From NCBI GenBank assembly GCA_035357435.1, contig DAOPNM010000008.1, positions 1 through 22,101 on the forward strand: 22,101 bases of DNA, read 5' to 3'. This document shows positions 17,179-22,101 of this stretch, in pieces. Source of the stretch: an archaeon (lineage in GTDB: Archaea; Iainarchaeota; Iainarchaeia; Iainarchaeales; CSSED10-239). Made by a program: the position numbers and the translations under genes. How positions within the stretch are numbered: the first letter of the stretch is position 1; each line of letters opens with the position of its first letter. Below the pieces are notes generated by a model. It was not told the DNA's origin, did not search any database, and worked only from the letters and a program-made list of their open reading frames with translations.

Positions 17179-17261
17179 TATTATCAACAATAAATTATGA
17201 AACAAAAGTTATTTATATGTTATATATATATAATAATATAGAAAAAAGCAAATAGATAAAA

Positions 17262-17762
17262 ATGAGCATATATAAAGAAAATAAAATAAAAACATTTTTT
17301 ATAGAAAACAAAAAACCAATTATTATTTGGGCAACAATTATATGTATACTTATAATTATAGTAATAATAGTCACATCTATAAATCCAGAACAATTATTTA
17401 AAAAAAACAACATTTCTGTAAAATATACAGAAAATCCATTAAATATTAAAAAAGATACATTTACTTCTATGCTAGTTACAATAAAAAATGATAGTGGGAA
17501 AGACACAGAAAATATTATTGTAAAAATACAAGATATTGAACCAAATAATTTTTTAATATTTTGTGAAAATAGTTTAGATGAAAACACTAACATTATCTTA
17601 ATTCAAAATATTGCAAAAGACAACAAAAGAACAATAAAATGTGATATAAGATCAATTGATCCAGATACCCTTTTAGAAGGAACATATAGTTTTGATATAT
17701 TTTATAAATTAGATGGAAATGTTTATACAAAAAGAACAACATTAGATGTTATAAAAAAATGA
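17262..17762 (+). CDS. Membrane-anchored protein with a CARDB/Ig-like beta-sandwich ectodomain
   Basis: N-terminal TM 'IIIWATIICILIIIVIIV'. This is followed by 'NPLNIKKDTFTSMLVTIKNDSGKDTENIIVKI', resembling the CARDB-type strand pattern (P..v..g....v.V.N.G). The antisense ORF 17213-17593 is low-complexity F/I/L/S. Confidence 0.5.
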   Translation: MSIYKENKIKTFFIENKKPIIIWATIICILIIIVIIVTSINPEQLFKKNNISVKYTENPLNIKKDTFTSMLVTIKNDSGKDTENIIVKIQDIEPNNFLIFCENSLDENTNIILIQNIAKDNKRTIKCDIRSIDPDTLLEGTYSFDIFYKLDGNVYTKRTTLDVIKK

Positions 17763-17774
17763 AGAAGGGAAAAA

Positions 17775-18569
17775 ATGTTTGAAAGCATATACAAAGGTTG
17801 GAATTTTTTTTCTAAAAAAATAATTTTATTATGGGGTATAATTATTAGTGGGTTAATCTGGTTTACTACTGCATTTTTTCAAGAGAATATAACAAACTTT
17901 ATACAAGATGTAGGTTCTAAAGGAATAATTACACCAATAATAACCTATATTCCTTATTTATTTTCAGAATATGGCTGGAAATTTGTTGGAATTTTAGGTA
18001 TTTTATTTTTAATTGGATTTTTAGTGAATTGGTTAGCATTCACAATAGCATTAGGGCAAGGAAACAACAAATCTCAAAAAAATACAAATACTGTTTTTAG
18101 AAGTATACCAAAAATTATGGCATATACATTTTTAACATTTATAATTACAAGTGTGTTTGGATTTCTTGGTTTATTATTACTTTCATGGGCAAGTATTGTG
18201 TCATTTATTCTTTTAATAATATTAATGATATTTTGGATCGCTGTATTACTTGTAATCATATTTGGAATTATATGTATGGGATTGAATAATACAACAATAA
18301 AGGAAGGATTAAATGATGCATGGACATTTATAAAAAATAAATTTTGGTTATCTGTTTTGTTTTTTATAATTTTCATTATAATACTATATATACTTTTTAT
18401 AATATTAGACAGTATATTTTTTGCAATATTTGGATTTACAGAATTTGAGTATATAACATCAATTGTTTTAACAATATTAATTTTATTATATAGTACAAAC
18501 ACCATTGCATTCTTTACTAATAAACATTTAAATAAGATATCTGCCAACAAAGCAGTAAAACACAAATAA
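17775..18569 (+). CDS. Polytopic integral membrane protein (about 6 TM), function unknown
   Basis: Starts 12 nt after the previous stop and is preceded by purine-rich 'gaagaaggga'. Repeated stretches of about 20 hydrophobic residues are separated by short polar loops. Confidence 0.5.
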   Translation: MFESIYKGWNFFSKKIILLWGIIISGLIWFTTAFFQENITNFIQDVGSKGIITPIITYIPYLFSEYGWKFVGILGILFLIGFLVNWLAFTIALGQGNNKSQKNTNTVFRSIPKIMAYTFLTFIITSVFGFLGLLLLSWASIVSFILLIILMIFWIAVLLVIIFGIICMGLNNTTIKEGLNDAWTFIKNKFWLSVLFFIIFIIILYILFIILDSIFFAIFGFTEFEYITSIVLTILILLYSTNTIAFFTNKHLNKISANKAVKHK

Positions 18570-18589
18570 ATTTTTTAATAAAAAAAAAG

Positions 18590-18614
18590 AAATAGAGAAA
18601 AAATCTCTCTATTT
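18590..18614. terminator. Hairpin (9-bp stem, 7-nt loop) between convergent genes, with an adjacent T6 tract
   Basis: aaatagaga (18590-18598) pairs with tctctattt (18606-18614). tttttt at 18571-18576 follows the + strand stop. The 3' arm overlaps the TAG stop of the minus-strand gene. Confidence 0.35.
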
Positions 18615-21065
18615 ACACAATTTACATAGTTCTGTATTTACCATTGAAGAATTGTTTTCACAATTGTTGTAATTGTCAGATAAATTTATCCAAAAATCAC
18701 TTTCGCAAAAGTCTTCAATAGTAAGATAATCTGATTTGTTTTTACCTATACAATCTACAGAACAATTACATGGATTTTCATTTTCACCACAAATTCCATC
18801 TCCACACTTTATACAAGTACCAATAGGGCTTCCTGATAATAATCCTGTATTGTAACAATTGTCTTCAATAGAAATCCTAGTATCCATTCCGCTCTCCCAT
18901 TCAGTTAAACCATCACAACATGAAGATGGATATTTATTGGTATAAACTGCAGAATAATTTTCTCCTTCTTTTGCACATAATTTTACATTGAATGATATAT
19001 CTGTGATCTCTAACAAACTAGAAGAAGACAAATCATTTAATTTTATTCCGTTTTCAGAAATTGTGTATAAAACATTGTTTATGAAAAGAGATCTTTTGAT
19101 ATCATATTCATTTGTTGCATAATAATAACCCATCTTTAAAAAATCATCAGGAGAATGATGTGTGATTCTTCCTTTTAATTTAAAACCATTTTTTAAATCA
19201 AGGTTATATACATATACACCTTGGAATGTATAATCTCCATAAGATCCTTCTGGTTGATTAGATTGAATCTCTGCAAGAGTAATTGGAATAACTAAAAGAT
19301 TTTTTTCTTTATCAAACAAAAAGGCTTTATGCTCTTGTGCTGCTAAAGATTCTGTACCTCTGTCTCCAATAACTACTTTATACATTTCTATAGGATGTTC
19401 AACATCACTTACATCAAACAAAGAAAGTTTTACACCCATAATTGCTGATGGTGGTAAAAATCCTTCTTCAGAAGATGGTAATGATGCAGAATCTTTTGCA
19501 AGAATATCTTCATTTACATCTTTTCCAATACCAATTAGATGGGTTTCATCATATGGATGTAAATAATCAGACCACCCTGGAATTTTTAATTTTCCTAGAA
19601 TATGTGGATCTACTGGATTAGATAAATCAATAACAAACAATGGATCCATACGCTTAAAGGTTACAACATATCCTCTTTTTCCCATAAATCTTACAGAATA
19701 TATTTTTTCACCAGGAGCAATATCTTCTAGTTTACCAATTGTTTGCATATCTTTGTTTAAAATATATAAATTATTATTTGAAAAAGATTTCTGTGTTACA
19801 TTATCATAACCTTCAACTGTTGTTGCTATTCTGAAATTTTCTTGATATTCATCCATAGAAAATTGATTTAAAACAGTTCCTTTTACCTTTCCAACATTTA
19901 AATAATTTATTTCACCATCATCAAAAGAAAATTTAGTAACAACGGTATTTGCTACAGTTTCCTCTGGTGGTTGGCCTTGTTGCCATCTTGGCCAAACGGA
20001 TTGTGCAATATATAAATTATTTAAAGAGGCATAAACATTTTGTCCATTTCCAAGAATAACTTTTTTGTGTATGTCTTTATTTGAATCACTTAAAGAAATT
20101 GATGCAACTGTTATAAAATTAGAAAATGGTGATGATGGAATATAGCCAATATCTGTACATTTTGTAATTGGGACTAAATCATTCTGTGTAAGTTCTGTAT
20201 CTTGTTTTAAATCACCAAACAATGGAACAATATCTCCACAACTTGTATCTGCCTTAAGTGGATATGCCCAATACTGTGGATAGGAATTTATTACAAAATA
20301 TGCATAATTTTCAACCTTTCTTGAAGTCACATAATCCCCTTCAAAAAATAGTTTTCTTAATAACTTAGGATTAGATTTATCTTGTGTATCATATAATCTT
20401 ACAGACATAAAATTACGATATGTTGGATGATAATATGATGGCATTATTTTAAATGATTCCTCTTGTTGATCTACTGGTTTTCCAATATCATCAGTATCTT
20501 CGGGATATTTATATTCAAAAGAAATATTTCCAAAAACCAATAATCTATCGTTATCAATAAATATTTCTTGTGGGGTAAAATTTGGAATATCAAGCATACT
20601 AACAACTTTTGCATCTTTTGTTGGATATGCTTTTACAATATATATTTTGTTATTAGAAACAACATATATATATTCGCCATCTGTTTTCACAATATCTGCT
20701 TCATCAACACCTTCAACTTGTACATTAGTTTGAGAATAATCTACATTTGAAGAAATACTATCACTTGTGGCACTTGCTGACTGACTAACAGAGATATTTT
20801 TAAGGGTTTCAACCCCGCCAATTCCTGCACGATATGTAAGATAAGATGCAGAATTACTTGAATTTAAAAATTCAATAAATTCTTGATCAGATTTAAAATT
20901 TTGTAGGTTATCATTTTCTGTAAGGTTCATATCAATTATATTTTCACCATTTTGTAATGATGAAGTTTCTGAAACAACTAACAAAATTGCAATTGCACCT
21001 AAAACTAATAAAAGAACAATTACAAGAATTATTCCAGAATTTACTTTTTTATTATTTTTTTCCAT
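18609..21065 (-). CDS. Secreted/anchored beta-propeller-domain protein (COG4880-like) with a C-terminal 14-Cys module
   Basis: N-terminal signal anchor 'GIILVIVLLLVLGAIAILLVV'. 'VEGVDEADIVKTDGEYIYVV', 'RFMGKRGYVVTFKRMDPLFVIDLSNPVDPHILGKLKIPGWSDYLHPYDETHLIGIG' and 'ALFDKE...LVIPI' resemble the archaeal/bacterial secreted beta-propeller family. The tail contains 'CGDGICGENENPCNCSVDC'. Confidence 0.7.
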   Translation of the reverse strand: MEKNNKKVNSGIILVIVLLLVLGAIAILLVVSETSSLQNGENIIDMNLTENDNLQNFKSDQEFIEFLNSSNSASYLTYRAGIGGVETLKNISVSQSASATSDSISSNVDYSQTNVQVEGVDEADIVKTDGEYIYVVSNNKIYIVKAYPTKDAKVVSMLDIPNFTPQEIFIDNDRLLVFGNISFEYKYPEDTDDIGKPVDQQEESFKIMPSYYHPTYRNFMSVRLYDTQDKSNPKLLRKLFFEGDYVTSRKVENYAYFVINSYPQYWAYPLKADTSCGDIVPLFGDLKQDTELTQNDLVPITKCTDIGYIPSSPFSNFITVASISLSDSNKDIHKKVILGNGQNVYASLNNLYIAQSVWPRWQQGQPPEETVANTVVTKFSFDDGEINYLNVGKVKGTVLNQFSMDEYQENFRIATTVEGYDNVTQKSFSNNNLYILNKDMQTIGKLEDIAPGEKIYSVRFMGKRGYVVTFKRMDPLFVIDLSNPVDPHILGKLKIPGWSDYLHPYDETHLIGIGKDVNEDILAKDSASLPSSEEGFLPPSAIMGVKLSLFDVSDVEHPIEMYKVVIGDRGTESLAAQEHKAFLFDKEKNLLVIPITLAEIQSNQPEGSYGDYTFQGVYVYNLDLKNGFKLKGRITHHSPDDFLKMGYYYATNEYDIKRSLFINNVLYTISENGIKLNDLSSSSLLEITDISFNVKLCAKEGENYSAVYTNKYPSSCCDGLTEWESGMDTRISIEDNCYNTGLLSGSPIGTCIKCGDGICGENENPCNCSVDCIGKNKSDYLTIEDFCESDFWINLSDNYNNCENNSSMVNTELCKLCK

Positions 21066-21684
21066 AATAAATTTCTCCTCTTTTTTTTCTTTTTTTTAAA
21101 TAAATTATTAATAAAATTAGGGTTATTAAAATTAAAATAAACAAAATAACCCAATAAATATTATTTTGAACAAACAAAAACAAATTAAAAGATGTTTCTG
21201 GTGAAACCGATTCTGTAGACAATGTTTTCATAGATCCGTCACTTACATAAGATTGACTTGTTGCCATTAATGGACTTGAAGATTGTGAAGGGATATCCCT
21301 TTGATTTAGTGGTTGAGAAATGGATTGAAACTCATCAGTTACTGCAAAGGAATTTAATAAAAAAAACAAAGCAAAGCCAGCTGTTGCAATTAATGAAATT
21401 AAAAATGCAAAATAAACTTTCATTTCTTGTGGTTTTATTAATTTTTTTCCTTCATTTGTTAAACTATAATATTTCCATTTTCTATTTGTTTCTTCTTTTT
21501 TTACAAGATCAGATTTTAATAAAAGATCTAAATGTTCTTTAACTGTTGAATTACTTAGCTTTAATTTTTTAGAAATATCCGATAATGTCATATTTTTTTC
21601 TGACAATAATTTCAATATATTGTATCTTGTATCTGAAGTAATTGCTTTTAAAGTACTTTTATTAATTAAAACCTTTTCTTCCAT
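21052..21684 (-). CDS. Membrane-anchored ArsR/winged-helix transcriptional regulator-like protein (wHTH + 2 TM)
   Basis: 'LKAITSDTRYNILKLLSEKNMTLSDISKKLKLSNSTVKEHLDLLLKSDLVKKEE...KWKYYSLT' is an ArsR-type wHTH. TM segments are 'VYFAFLISLIATAGFALFFLL' and 'IYWVILFILILITLILLIIYL'. The track start at 21690 is TTG; the ATG is at 21684. The stop overlaps the downstream gene's start by 14 nt. Confidence 0.7.
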   Translation of the reverse strand: MEEKVLINKSTLKAITSDTRYNILKLLSEKNMTLSDISKKLKLSNSTVKEHLDLLLKSDLVKKEETNRKWKYYSLTNEGKKLIKPQEMKVYFAFLISLIATAGFALFFLLNSFAVTDEFQSISQPLNQRDIPSQSSSPLMATSQSYVSDGSMKTLSTESVSPETSFNLFLFVQNNIYWVILFILILITLILLIIYLKKRKKRGEIYYGKK

Positions 21685-21726
21685 ATACAATAATTAAAAA
21701 CCAATATCTATTTAAACAAATATTAG

Positions 21727-21750
21727 ATGTTTCGGTAGTTCCCGAAACAT
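21727..21750. promoter_or_regulatory. Perfect palindrome ATGTTTCGG-N6-CCGAAACAT upstream of the wHTH gene's TATA-like box; candidate operator or terminator hairpin
   Basis: The 9-nt arms at 21727-21735 and 21742-21750 are exact reverse complements and are GC-richer than their surroundings. A TATA-like 'tttaaata' (minus strand, 21709-21716) lies 25-32 nt upstream of the ATG at 21684. Confidence 0.4.
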
Positions 21751-22088
21751 TATAATTTTAACAAAAAATCAGTTTTACCATCTTTTCTGTTTGTATAAAA
21801 TTGTTTTGCATGTTCAACAATTAATGCATGAAATTCTTGATATAGTTTATAATCTTTTGGAAGATTATCTTGAAATAGTTTTTGAATATCTTCATATTTT
21901 TGTTTTTTAGAAATTATTTTAAGATTATATAAAATTCTTTTTGTATAACTATCAATAACAAAAAAAGGTTGTTTATAAGCATACAAAAGAATAGAATCAC
22001 AGGTTTCTGGGCCTACACCTTTTATATTTAAAAGTTCTTCTCTTTTAGGAATTTTTCCATTTAAAGAATGTTGATAACAACAAAGCTT
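21750..22088 (-). pseudogene. Endonuclease III-related (HhH-GPD, COG2231-like) C-terminal fragment, possibly truncated or degenerate
   Basis: The frame reads 'LLNIKGVGPETCDSILLYAYKQPFFVIDSYTKRIL...YQEFHALIVEHAKQF', that is an HhH motif plus the HhH-GPD C-terminal helices. An in-frame TAG at 22089-22091 cuts off the expected N-terminal region of about 90 aa, and no ATG occurs before the HhH. There is no C-terminal Fe-S Cys cluster. The window ends 10 nt later, so the interpretation is limited. Confidence 0.45.
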
Positions 22089-22101
22089 CTAAAGTTATAT
22101 T

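Noticed and set aside
17213-17593. Minus-strand ORFs 17213-17593 and 18074-18565, antisense to the two membrane-protein genes
   Set aside because: Their composition is the F/I/L/S or N/I/K-rich mirror of AT-rich coding DNA. The plus-strand frames give coherent TM-plus-domain architectures and are coupled by a 12-nt gap.
1-22101. Looked for CRISPR arrays, transposase/IS ends, rRNA genes and other large structured RNAs (RNase P, SRP)
   Set aside because: No regularly spaced direct repeats, no transposase-like ORFs, and no extended GC-rich non-coding islands apart from the four tRNAs and the C/D sRNA.

Overview
Strongly AT-rich, gene-dense segment that looks archaeal, probably from a small-genome DPANN-like lineage (inference). 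Supporting evidence: ribosomal protein L44e/eL42, a textbook C/D-box sRNA, a LAGLIDADG intein, four tRNA genes without encoded CCA, and TATA-like boxes about 25-30 nt upstream of start codons. Most content is housekeeping or envelope-related: an ABC-2 exporter pair plus a transglutaminase-like surface protein, PEP synthase, a flavodoxin/ferredoxin fusion, L44e, a YkgJ-type Cys-cluster protein, a DUF45 metallopeptidase, a divergent RpiA-like protein and IMP dehydrogenase. Items worth a second look: (1) a HerA/DUF87-type ATPase whose Walker A loop is split by a 422-aa intein with a homing endonuclease; (2) an unannotated C/D-box sRNA at 14887-14949 whose D guide can pair with the 16S decoding-centre segment; (3) a translationally coupled three-gene operon (unknown helical protein, PIN-like nuclease, wHTH protein) with no recognisable family assignment, next to a divergent membrane-protein pair; (4) a membrane-anchored ArsR-type wHTH gene overlapping a large secreted beta-propeller protein with a Cys-rich tail, preceded by a GC-rich perfect palindrome; (5) tRNA oddities, namely Leu with an A34 anticodon and C55 T-loops in two tRNAs. 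No CRISPR array, transposase or rRNA was seen. All calls come from reading the sequence and translations by eye; no searches were run.
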